DNA of 63,243 nucleotides, filler included, from Folioceros fuciformis (taxonomy: Eukaryota): the NCBI GenBank assembly GCA_049999805.1. It is 3 parts of 2 records of this genome, joined end to end, with 100 filler letters (N's around TTAATTAATTAA, not from the genome) between each part and the next. Parts side by side here need not be neighbours in the genome. Positions count along the whole stretch, not along the records: positions 48,901 to 63,243 come from JBNGIO010006304.1; 2 more parts are not named here. One strand, given 5' to 3'. Under the pieces are notes generated by a model. It searched no databases. It saw only the letters and a program-made list of their open reading frames with translations, and was not told the origin of the DNA. The position numbers and the translations under genes were made by a program. Numbering within the stretch: position 1 is the stretch's first letter; the number at the start of each line of letters is the position of its first letter. This document shows positions 48,901 through 59,700 of the stretch, piece after piece.

Positions 48901-51793
48901 CTCTGGTGCAGTTTGTAGCCCGGGAGTGGTCGAATTGGGGCTCGCGCCTGTCTGCGCACACCGTGCAGGTGGAGGGGAGCGGGCGGCTCACGCCCGGTTG
49001 CAGTTGCGGGGGATCGCAGCGCGGTCGGACGAGTGGAGGTGACCCTGGTGTTGTGCCAGGGACTCAGTCGGGGGTTTCTGGTTTGGGCCTCGTGCGGCAT
49101 GCTGCGCACGAGTTTTGCGACTGGACTGCGCATGTGCTGCAACACAAGAAGGGGAGTGCGGGGGAGACGGGTCAATCTCCCCGCCGGGACATGGATATAG
49201 CCGGGGCGGGACCCAAGCACCGGTTTTTGAACTTGTCTAGCCTGGGGTTCATGTCTTCTGGATTCCACCCGCTTGGGAAGTATACTGGTCGGCGATTCTC
49301 TCCGCCGGGTGCCTTTCCGTTTGCTCGTGTTCAAGGGGAGCCAGACGTGTCTGCTGTCGCTGCCCCGCCTCATCAGGAGGAGCAGCAGGCTGTTGGAGGG
49401 ACGACCCATCATCCGCCTGAGACCGAGACTGCCACGCCTCCGGAGAAGCCCCCGAACCCCTTCACTTCCAAGGTCCTCAATATTGACAAGCTGCGGGAGT
49501 CGCTATCTAGTGCTCTCTTGTCGGAGATAGTGGAACTTGTTCCGCAGATCGGCAAGTCCAGGCAACCCTTTCCTGACAAGAAGAAGCTTTCTTCTGTACA
49601 AGACTTTTTCCAGTACACTAGAGCGGAGGGTAAGTTGTCTTTCGGCTGACCTTAACTTGCATTTCGTCTCTGCCGCGCCGCGGTGAACTCACGTCCCTGT
49701 GCTGTCCTCGTGCAAAGACCAGGAAGAAAGCTCTTCGAGGAGCTCGACCGGGATAATGATGGCCAGGTTACTCTGGAAGATCTGGAAACTGCCATGTCCA
49801 AGAGGAGATTACCTAAGCGCTATGCTAAGGACTTCTTGCACCGCACTCGCAGACGGTGGTTTGCGAAGTCTTTTGGTTGGAGCGAGTTCTCCTCTTTGAT
49901 GGAGCAAAAGGAGTCTGTCATGCTGAGGGCTTTCAATTCCTTAAGTTTGAGCAAGTCTGGAACCCTGCAGAAGCACCAGGTCCTAGCCTCTCTTCGAAGT
50001 GTTGGCTTGCCTGCCACCGAAGGGAATGTCACTGCAATGATGCGCTGTCTAGATGTCGATACGGATGGATCTATAGCATATGGCCAGTTCCGTAACTTCA
50101 TGTTGCTCCTTCCTCCAGAGCGTCTGGAAGATGATCCTCGGTATGTGAACCCCGTCATGGAAGCTGCGTGGTTGTGCTCCCTCTCCGCACATGTGGCCAT
50201 TATTAATACCTCCCCGTTTTCTACAGCATGGTGTGGTTTGAAGCGGCAACAGTGGTGCCATTGGCACCACCACTTGAGATCCATGCTGGAAGTGTGCTCA
50301 AGTCAGCCCTAGCTGGTGGTCTTGCCTGTGCTCTGTCAACTTGTCTGTTGCATCCAGTTGACACCATGAAGGCAAGTTTGTACCACTTACTCAGCCTTTC
50401 AAAACCTAAAGGCTAGTTGGAATATTTTCATTATTGTGCACTGTCGTTGAGAGTCCTTTGAGTGAGCTGGTGTCAACAGATCCGAGAGAACTTCGTATTG
50501 GCCTTCCTTCTCATTTCCCTGCAGTATATTTGACTGCAAGACTACTGGCATCAACTCCCTGCTGTCTTATCCGTTCTTCCTTCGTAGTCCTTATTCGCGA
50601 CTCATTTGTGCAGACAAGAGTTCAGGCATCAACCCTCAGTTTCAGCGAGGTGATATCAGCGCTGCCGCAGATTGGTGTGCAGGGATTGTATAGGGGTTCT
50701 ATCCCAGCTATAATTGGGCAATTTTCCAGGTACGGTTCGCTTCACGAAATGTGAGAAATATGGCCAGAGCCATCTGTCGATTGTGTGGCTTATCTGAGTG
50801 TTGTACCATGGGTGGTTGCACAGTCATGGGTTACGGACAGGGATTTTTGAGGCAAGCAAAATGGTGCTCAGAAATGTTGCGCCCCAAGTGCCTGACCTGC
50901 AGGTGTGTAAGCTGGCCATGAAGTTGGAATTGATTGGATTGGACTCATTCATTCAGATATAAAAGTTCAAGATGGTAGCATTCCCTCCGGTGCAGACCGT
51001 CCCTGAGTAGGGGAAATCGGGTTGTGACGTGTCCTTGAGCTCCTTGGGCCTTCGCACTTGTAATCCTGAAAATTTATTTTTCTTTCAGGCACAGTCTCTT
51101 GCTTCCTTCTGCAGTACCATTCTGGGGACTGCTGTCCGGATTCCTTGTGAGGTACTAAAGCAGAGGCTGCAAGCGGGTCTTTACAGCAATGTTGGGGAGG
51201 CCATTGTCGGAACTTTCCGCAGAGATGGGCTTCGAGGGTTCTTCAGGGGCACTGCAGCGACGCTTTGCCGTGAAGTGCCATTTTACGTTGCAGGAATGGG
51301 GATTTATGAAGAGACGAAGAAGGTTCAACTGGTTCCGGATTTTTATGAATTGTGTCGTGGTCCTTCAGTGTTAAGGATCTCGTGCGTGCCCTACTCAAGT
51401 TGATGGCCCAAACTAACTGTCATTTCTGATGGATGTTAGGGATTGCATGGTGTCCTTCAACGTGAACTAGCACCTTGGGAGACGATCGTGGTCGGGGGCC
51501 TTTCTGGTGGTTTGGCCGCCGTGTGCACAACACCCTTCGACGTGATGAAGACGCGGATGATGACTGCTGCTCCAGGAATGCCTGTCACAATGAGCGCAAT
51601 TGCTGTAGCAATTGTTCAGGAGGAGGGTGTTCTGGCTCTCTTTAAGGGGGCGTTGCCACGCTTTTTCTGGATTGCTCCTCTGGGAGCGATGAATTTTGCC
51701 GGGTATGAGTTGGCGAAGAGGGCGATGGAGAAGAGAGAGAAGGACCAAGAAGTGGCAGGAGACTCTAAAATGTTGGATATTGCCCATTCATGA
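48901..51793 (+). CDS. Mitochondrial substrate carrier with N-terminal EF-hands (SAM-carrier-like, At2g35800-type), 5'-truncated
   Basis: Exons <48901-49629, 49723-50140, 50227-50371, 50614-50729, 50824-50902, 51089-51322 and 51440-51793 splice in frame. EF-hands ELDRDNDGQVTLEDL and LDVDTDGSIAYGQF; carrier signatures HPVDTMKTRVQ, IPCEVLKQRLQ, TPFDVMKTRMM. Confidence 0.92.
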
Positions 51794-52602
51794 AGAGATT
51801 CTTGTTTAAGTGTCGGAGGTGCGTACAGGTGGTGCGTTGTATATTCTGAGGCCAAGCGAGATGCTGGCAATCATCGATCGGGGATGTGTGGTGTAAATCA
51901 GGCTGGCCATTTCCACATGATGAACCGTAGCCAGTCGAGGATCTGCCTGTTTTGCCTCGTCCGAGCTGACCTGCAAACATGGAAGAGAACATGTTTCCTT
52001 CCAGTGACGCGCAAAATTCGTTTCAGATTTTTTTTTGTTTGCAATAAATTTCTGCAAGATCACAGCTATGGTGGCTGATGCGAGAGTACTCCAGGGGAAA
52101 CAATGTAGGGAGGTGTGCCCCTCATTTGTGAGGCTGTTTTTGTAAATATACGTTCTCTCAACAGCATCTGGCAATTTAGTAACTGTAGAAAGACTTACCG
52201 ATGCAGTCTGCTGTCTCTCACTTTAGCACGTAAGGAGACCATATTTGCTGACTGCTTGTTCGAGTAGACAGGTATACATATTATAGACATTCCCTCTCAA
52301 GGTCAGAATTCCGTGATCGTGCTCTTCGTTTCGGCATACCCGTCATGACCTGCTTCTTAAGTTGAGTAACTCATCTATGGACTGTTAGCAATTATTTAGA
52401 ACATCGGTACGTAACCACCCTGTATGCAAGATACGTGTAGCGCAACAGATTCTCGAAGCGACAGAATGGCCGTGGAAAGTTTAGACTACCGCGAACCGCA
52501 TTAGCTGTTCACCAAATCGCAGCGTAACAACAAGGAATGAGTAACGTCAACAAATTTTAGATTCATCGGGCCTTGTCATATCTATACACAGAGATACCAC
52601 AC

Positions 52603-53043
52603 CTAGGCCAGTGCGCTGGTGCTGTATACAAGGAAAGCTCCAATACCGAGCAGACCAGCCAGGGTCAAGGCCCAGAGCAGGAGACCGGGCGTTCCCCCGG
52701 CATAGGAGTCGCCACTGGCCGACCATTCCTCCGGAGCATAGATGGGGCTGTAGCCGTCCACATTAGCACCGTACTTCTTGGTGAACTGGTAGACTCCCTT
52801 GCCCTTGGTGAAGCCTCCTCCTGCGTCCTTGCCGTCCCGGAACTTGACGTTCCCTGACGGGCCCAGCGGTTGCTTCACGGAGATCTTCTTCCCGCCGCTG
52901 GCTACGATGGTGAGCGAGCGCGCGGCCCTGGCTGGTCTCAGCACGGGCAGGGACGCCACAGAGGTGCCGGCAAACGGCGATCTCTCCAACGCCACTGGCG
53001 CGGTCACGGGCGCAGCTACAAGGGAGGCGGTCGCGGCGGCCAT
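52603..53043 (-). CDS. PSBR: Photosystem II 10 kDa polypeptide PsbR, chloroplast-targeted (intronless)
   Basis: Transit peptide followed by [65 protein letters not shown]. Confidence 0.96.
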   Translation of the reverse strand: MAAATASLVAAPVTAPVALERSPFAGTSVASLPVLRPARAARSLTIVASGGKKISVKQPLGPSGNVKFRDGKDAGGGFTKGKGVYQFTKKYGANVDGYSPIYAPEEWSASGDSYAGGTPGLLLWALTLAGLLGIGAFLVYSTSALA

Positions 53044-53250
53044 CTCTGGAAACGTTGCAACGCGAGGAAACGCGAAGGGAAGCACAGGCAGAGCACACAA
53101 CAAACTCAGCTACCGTCTGTTGTTCACGACGCCAACTGCGACTCTGTTTCTTCCCCCTCGTCCGCCCGGGTAGAGCAGGTGCAGGCACACAAACGAATGG
53201 CCCTTACTGGGCCTCATCTCCCCCCCCATTCGCTGCCACACGATCGTCGC

Positions 53251-53259
53251 CTTATCCAC
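53251..53259 (-). promoter_or_regulatory. I-box-like light-responsive element (GTGGATAAG) upstream of PsbR
   Basis: GATAAG core about 210 nt upstream of the PsbR ATG; this is a motif match only. Confidence 0.35.
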
Positions 53260-53583
53260 TTTTCCGGCCTACTCGATATCAGACCGTTCCAGAAGTGAAG
53301 AAAATGTGGAGAAAAATGGCGAAATGGCTGCCCGATATTTTCGTTCTGGCTCCATTGAGGCAGACCCGGCCCGGCCCGGGGTTGGCTGCCACGCGTTTCC
53401 CCACGACCAGGACGCTGCTCTTGCTGAGCAGGAGAGGAGCCTCGCCCGGACGTACGACCGGGTGATGCAATGCTCGGAGGCGCAGGATATGCTGATTTGA
53501 GGTCGGGGTGGGCTGGTTTGAAGGGGGTTTAGTACTGTACGATGTCCCGGACGACCAGGAGGAGGCGGGAGCCGGGTCGAATT

Positions 53584-55401
53584 ATGCAGCAGTTGTCGGC
53601 CTTCACCACCGCCTTGGCTGTGTGCATTAATTTCCTTCAGCACCTCCGAATCATGTTTCGGGCGCCGTCGGCGGGGGCAGATCATGAGAGTCCGTCGGTT
53701 CTGGCGGGGAGGCTGGCGGAGCATGAGGTTGCGGCAACGTAAGGGTTGCGAGCACGACTGCTGCGTGTCGTGAAAGTTTGTGGTTCTAATGTTGATGGTG
53801 TGATTGGTCGCCGTTGGAATTGACGTTCTTCTGTCAAATGACGGGACAGGTACGCGAAGGTGTCTGGCGTAGAGGTGTATCAGGCGCTTCGAATACCGGA
53901 TTCGGGGCATAGAGGGCGGCGGGAGATTGATGCTGTGTTGCTGTCTAAGAGGTACCGTCTGTTCTCATTTGTTGTAATTAGGTTTTGATGCGCATTGGAG
54001 GACAGCTAGCCAGCTTTGGTGATCGTTAGTTGCCTGCCAGCGAGCAGCATTAACTGATTCTCTGCCTTGCTAGATTTGGAATGGACTGCGGTCTTTGCAT
54101 AATCATGAGCAGGGGGAGGTTCTCCAAGCTTGCTTCGCATGATAGCACATGCGAGGAGGTGCTTGACACCAGATTGTGAATTATGTCTGTTTCCTTTTTT
54201 AATCCAAGGGGTTGACGTAAAGCAGAGAGTGCTATCTTTTGGAGGTAAAAAACTGGTCCGGAACCATCACTATCCACGATGGTGGATCGTGGCTGCAGAC
54301 ACGCAGGGATGGATCAACACAGATATGTCCGAATGTGGTGTGTCTCGACTGTGGCTGGGCAAGCTTCCTTTGCAATTGATGGGGAGAGACGTCTTGCTCA
54401 TAGTCATGGGTGTTATCATCAGGTGGAAGAAACCAAGTTCAAGGCTGCTCTGTTGGAAGACTACATTCGGAGAAGAGGCATTTTTTTGCCTCCTGACTTC
54501 ATTCAGCCGAAGGTGGTTCTTGTGAACCGGAATTGCAGGTAGAGGGTCTTCTCTAATCTGGATGATAGGTCCCGCGAATTCTCGAAAGTGCAGCCAGGCT
54601 TTCAGCTAGATCAGGCTTTACTTTGCTGCTTTGGCAAGATTCTCAAAGGCTAGATTGTGTACAGGCCTGAACAAGCCATCATCATGCAGCCAGAGGTACT
54701 GGTAGCGGAGGATTGGGAAAGCCTTTTGAAGCAGGAGTCAGCTGGTGGCGTTTTCGGCTGGCTCAGGAGCTTCTTTCCTGGAAGGAAGTCAGATAAACTG
54801 GATGAGCCCACTCTTAAACAGCTGCATTCGATCCTTAGCACAGCTCCAACCTGGGACAAGTAATACAACTTAGAAATTCTTCACCTTGCTTGCTGTGGCA
54901 TGTGTCCATTTCTGTTGACGGCTCCACTAGTACCATGTATGCAGGCTTGAACTTGAAGGAGGAGAAATCATGCATGGTGACTTCATACGCTTTCGAGGCC
55001 GCTCGGAGGATGAAAAAACTGTGAAACCGGTTAAGAGATCAACTGTGTGCAGTTTGACGATGATCCACAGGCGGGGACTGCTGGCAAACTTCCTTGGTTA
55101 GCGATGCACAAGAGCCGTTTCACAATCCACTACGCTTTCTGGTCGCTCAGGCCTAAATGATCTGAACTTCTTGTGCTCTGCAGGTCTTCTTTTGGGGTCC
55201 CCAAACCGTGTTCGGGTCACTACCACTTCGCGAGATAACACAGGGGAAGGAACGACGTTATTTGGCGGGAAAATCAAGAGGCAGGAGACATTTGAGTATG
55301 TAGTTTGCCCGGACCTGCAGATAGTGTTCCAGCCTGCAGGTAAGGCAAGACCGAAGAACCTGAAGATCAGCTGTGTAAATAGTATGTCACTGAGTAGGTA
55401 G
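53584..55401 (+). CDS. NERD (nuclease-related domain) protein, At1g65020-type, 7 exons
   Basis: Exons 53584-53738, 53850-53951, 54226-54337, 54423-54538, 54665-54859, 54945-55096 and 55184-55401 splice in frame with GT-AG. NERD motifs AGRLAEHEVA, LRIPD..REIDAVLLSKRECYLLEVKNWSG; conserved ILSTAPTWDKLEL. Alternative start at 53542. Confidence 0.85.
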
Positions 55402-55580
55402 TGGTGGTAAGGCAAGACCGAAGAACCTGAAGATCAGCTGTGTAAATAGTGTGTCACTGAGTAGGTAGTGGTGGTAGAAGTGTTGTAGCTCAGGTATGTC
55501 ACTGAGTAGAGTGGTGGTAGAAGTGTTGTAGCTCAGGTATGTCACTGAGTAGAGTGGTGGTAGAAGTGTTGTAGCTCAGG
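55339..55580. repeat. Compound tandem repeat: 67 bp x2 (containing the NERD gene's last codons and stop), then 43 bp x2.4
   Basis: Unit starts at 55339, 55406 and 55473, then at 55477, 55520 and 55563. Confidence 0.9.
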
Positions 55581-56096
55581 ACCTGTGCACTTCCCACGAC
55601 CTTGGGCTAGAAGAAAAGAAGAAGAATTTTATTTAAGGACGCATTTCCGTCATGGGACTCATTGTCAGACATTAAAAAAAAATACTTAATAGTTACTCTG
55701 AGCCTAATGAGAAACAAATTCCCACTATAATGGGATCCGGAGAACAAAAGAATCCCTAAGTGAAAATTTCGTCGTTACAAATAAATGTGCGAAATTCTGT
55801 GGAATATTCTCATATATGGGACAAAGAAACACAAAGTGTTCTTCCGTCTCAACATCCCTATTGCATAAACATCCCTTGCATAACCTGCAAATTCGAGACT
55901 CCCTTGGAGGTTTTGGGCGAAGCTAGTCTCGGGTCCTTTGGAGGGCTTGGGCGAAGCTAGTCTCGGGTCTTTCCCTGAGCGCATCCCTGTTGCATAACCT
56001 GCAAATTCGAGACTAAGGCTTTGGGCGAAGCTAGTCTCGGGTCTTTCCACTACCGAAACCTGAGTGAGCGGTGAAGTTCTTCGATTACACATCTGT

Positions 56097-56240
56097 TGTT
56101 CCCGGGCTTGCCCTGGAGAAGAAGTTATTGGAGTGCACTTCTATTGTTCCCGGGCTTGCCCTGGAGAAGAAGTTATTGGAGTACACTTCTATTGTTCCCG
56201 GGCTTGCCCTGGAGAAGAAGTTCATCGAGTACTTTTCTGT
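56097..56240. repeat. 48-bp tandem repeat x3 (TGTTCCCGGGCTTGCCCTGGAGAAGAAGTTATTGGAGT.CACTTCTAT)
   Basis: Unit starts at 56097, 56145 and 56193. Confidence 0.92.
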
Positions 56241-56246
56241 TGCTCC

Positions 56247-56319
56247 TGGAGACGAGGGGCATCGATCCCGTTGCCTCCAGTATGCGAAACGGGCGCTCTA
56301 CCATTTGAGCTACTCCCCC
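56247..56319 (-). tRNA. tRNA-Ala(CGC)-like sequence, probably a pseudo-tRNA or SINE head
   Basis: GGGGGAGTAGCTCAAATGGTAGAGCGCCCGTTTCGCATACTGGAGGCAACGGGATCGATGCCCCTCGTCTCCA (73 nt). It has A and B boxes, G3:U70 and anticodon CGC, but one mismatch each in the acceptor, anticodon and T stems and no adjacent oligo-T terminator. Confidence 0.75.
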
Positions 56320-56765
56320 ATACCTCACGCCTTGCATTTGTTACGGATTTTGTTTTGATGTACTTGCTTTCACCTACAACCTCAGGGATGTCAACTTCGA
56401 GGCTGTTCAAATGCCATTAGGAAGTCATGAGTTGGCCGCCGTAGATCCCTCGACTCTACAGCGCCGGAGGGATAGCCGGCTCGTGTAGATTTGGCTCGTG
56501 GGCGATGTCCATACTAGGCAAGATGCAAGAACACGCTGGGCTGTCCCCGATTCTTATCGCATGGGACGTGAGACTGAGCACAGACTTTAATCGAGCACTC
56601 CCACCGGCCCTCAGCCTGCCCGTCTCGATTTACGAAGCGGATACACCAATTTCCGCTCGTCGAGTGTTCCAATGTGTGTCTTTCAGCTGCCCGCCGCAAC
56701 GTTGCAGTGTCTGCTACTGCTTCTACTTCAAGGACCCTTGAGTATGGACGCAGCATGAGAAAAGG

Positions 56766-59700
56766 ATGGGCCTCCAAATTCCTCCAACCAGGTGCCTCGG
56801 TCCCCAGTACTATCATGTGTCCGTCAAGGGGCTGGGTGCGCCCAAGGTGCCCTTCGCCCTCAGCAGCCTATCCATGGCTCTGCCGGTGGATTGCTGTGAT
56901 ATGCCTCCAGCTCGCGTGTCTACAACAATTACTGGAAGTGCAAGGTGAACAATAACTTGACGCCAGTTGGGACGTGTGGGAGACTTACACCGGGATTGAA
57001 ATTGGCTCATGTGGATTTATGCCCTTGACGAGTCTTGATGTTGCAGTCCTCACTAATGTAGTTGCACCTGTACCTTTGTAGGCAAGAGATGATTTTAACG
57101 AAAGCTGGTGAAGTAGAGCGATTTCGCAACGAGGGTGACCTGGATAAGGCAATGCTTTCCCTGCAACATCTCGATCAGCAAGGGGTTGTTCCTTCGATCG
57201 GCGTGTATAAGAACCTGTTGCATGCTTGCATGAAAAAACGATCTCGGGATGAGGCCCAGCAGATGTATGCTCATTTAGCACAGCATGGGCTGGAGTTGGA
57301 CGAGCGTTTGGGTGACCTGGTCGTTACCACACTTGTCAAATGTGGGAACCTAGCTGATGGTCTTCAGCTTTTCCGCAGACTGTCCCACAGAACTGTATTT
57401 TCTTGGACAGCCATCATCTCAGGGTACATCAATGCTGGACTTTGTCGGGAGGCTCTGGCATGTTACGAGCTTATGAAAGGAGAGGATGTGCGGCCTGACA
57501 AATATACCTTTGTCAGTTTACTCAAGGCTTGTGGCATGTTACGAGACCTGGAAGAGGCCAAGCGCATCCACGCCCATGTTGTGCGATGTGGGCTAGAATC
57601 TGATTCTTTTGTTGGGAACACTTTGATAAGTATGTATTCCAAATGTGGGAGCATAACTTATGCTAGGCAAGTGTTTGACAGGTTGTTGCACCGTGATGTT
57701 GTTTCGTGGAATGCTATGCTTGGAGCGTGTGTCCAGGGGGATCAGGGAGAACTGGCCCTGCACATTTTTGAGCGAATGCAGGCAGTTGGTTTCAGGCCAG
57801 ATTCCTTAACTTTTGTCAGCGCTCTCCTGGCATGTAGCACTCTTGCAGACAAGGATGAAAGAGCACTTGTAGATGGGCAACGGGTCCATATAAAAGTCCT
57901 GCAGAAAGGCAAGGAGCTCCATGTTGAAGCTGCTCAGAGAGGTTTTGGAACGGATATGTCTCTCTGTCGCGCTGTATTCGGTTTATATGTGAAGTGTGGG
58001 AGCATCAAGGATGCACGGCATATGTTTGACAGATTGCCAGATCGAAATGTAGTGTCATGGAATGCTATGATCACAGCATACGCTCAGAATCACCAAGGAG
58101 AAGAAGCCCTGGATATCTATGATCAAATGCAAGAGGCAGGTTGCAATCCCGAACCGCGAACTTTTGTGAGCACCCTTCAAGCATGTGGTCTCCTTGCAGA
58201 AAAGGAAGAGGGCGTGGTTATAGATGGTCAGCAAGTCAAATTGGTGGCCTTGCAGAAAGGCAAGCACATACATGCAAGAGCTGCCAGAAGGGGGCTTGAA
58301 TCGGATATTTTTGTCTGCAACACTTTGGTTAGTATGTATGCAAAATGTGGCAGCATTAAGGATGCACAACATTTGTTTGTAAGATTGTCTGACCGTGATG
58401 TTGTTACATGGAATGCAATGATTGCAGGATTGGCTCAGCACGGCCTAGCAGCACAAGCTTTGCAGACATATGAGCAAATGTGCATGGGGTTTGGCAATCA
58501 AAATGCTAGAACTTTTGTCAGTGCTCTCCAAGCATGTGGCAATCTTGCAGAGAAGGAGGAAGGTTTGCTTTTCAATGGGCAAAACATCAAATTGAAATCA
58601 TTGTTGAAGGGAAAGGTCATACATATGGAGGCTGCTAAAAAAGGTTTTAACTCTGATGCCTTTGTTGCTAGCTCTCTGGTCAGTATGTATGCAAAATGCG
58701 GAAGCATTAGCGATGCTGAACAAGTTTTCAACAACTTGATGCAGCGTGACGTTGCCCTATGGACTGCAATGCTCGTAGCTTACACTCATCAGAATGATGG
58801 GGAAAGCGCCTTGCAGATGTTTAGAGAAATGCAACTGCAAGGTGTCTGTCCAGAGGCTCGGACCTTTACCTGTGCCCTACAAGCTTGTGTTGTCCTTGCA
58901 GCAAAGGAAGAACCGGTCCTGGTAGGCGGCCACTACGTTCATCCTGAGTCGTTGCACAGGGGAATGGAGATTCATGACCAAGCTACTAGAAGGGGATTTG
59001 AAGCAGATCCGTGTGTGGCATGTGGTTTGATCAGTATGTATTCTATGTGTGGTAGTTTGAGGGATGCAGTACATGTGTTTGACCAGGTGTCTGACCGGGA
59101 TGTCACCTTGTGGAATACAATATTGTCCGTTTATGTTCAGCACGACGAAGTAGAAGTGGCGTTGCAGCTCTACCAGCAAATGCAGGAGGAAGGTGTCCGA
59201 CCTGATAGTCGCACTACTGTCTGTGCAATTGAGGCATGTGCTATCCTTGCGGACAAGGAGGAAAGTCTCTCCCTGGCTGGCAAACATGTGAAAGTGGAGT
59301 CACTGCAAATAGGAAAGGAATTACATCACGATGCTGCTGTCGGAGGCTTTGAGTCAGATATGTTTGTAGGTAGCACGTTGGTTAGCTTGTATGGCAAGTG
59401 TGGGAGCCTGCATGATTCGCAGCATGTGTTCAGCAAATTGTCTCAGGGTGATGTTGTTGCATGGACTGCAATGGTTGCAGCGTACGCTCAGCAGGACAGA
59501 GGAGAAATGGCTTTGAACGTTTTTAGGGACATGCAGGTGGCAGGCGTCACACCAAATGCTTGGTCTTTTGTTTGTGCTCTTCAAGCATGCGGCTCTATGG
59601 CTGGAAAAGAAGAGAGTAGGCTTGTGGATGGGCAGAATCTCAAGTTGGAGTCCCTGCGATTGGGAAAGAAGGTGCATGCAGAAGCTCTTGAGAGGGGATT

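Larger units (their letters stand above)
55610..56319 (-). mobile_element. SINE-like chimera: tRNA-Ala head, 48-bp tandem repeats, LINE ORF2 C-terminal zinc-finger remnant, AATAAA and (TTC)n tail
   Basis: Minus-strand order: tRNA-like 56319-56247; repeats 56240-56097; peptide RICRLC..LCNRDVETEEHFVFLCPIYENI at about 55900-55805; AATAAA at 55633-55628; TTCTTCTTCTTTTCTTC to 55610. No clean TSD. Confidence 0.65.

Noticed and set aside
56097..56240. 48-bp repeats (and the 43/67-bp repeats at 55339-55580) as a CRISPR-like array
   Set aside because: The units are head-to-tail with no unique spacers, there are no cas genes, and the context is eukaryotic.
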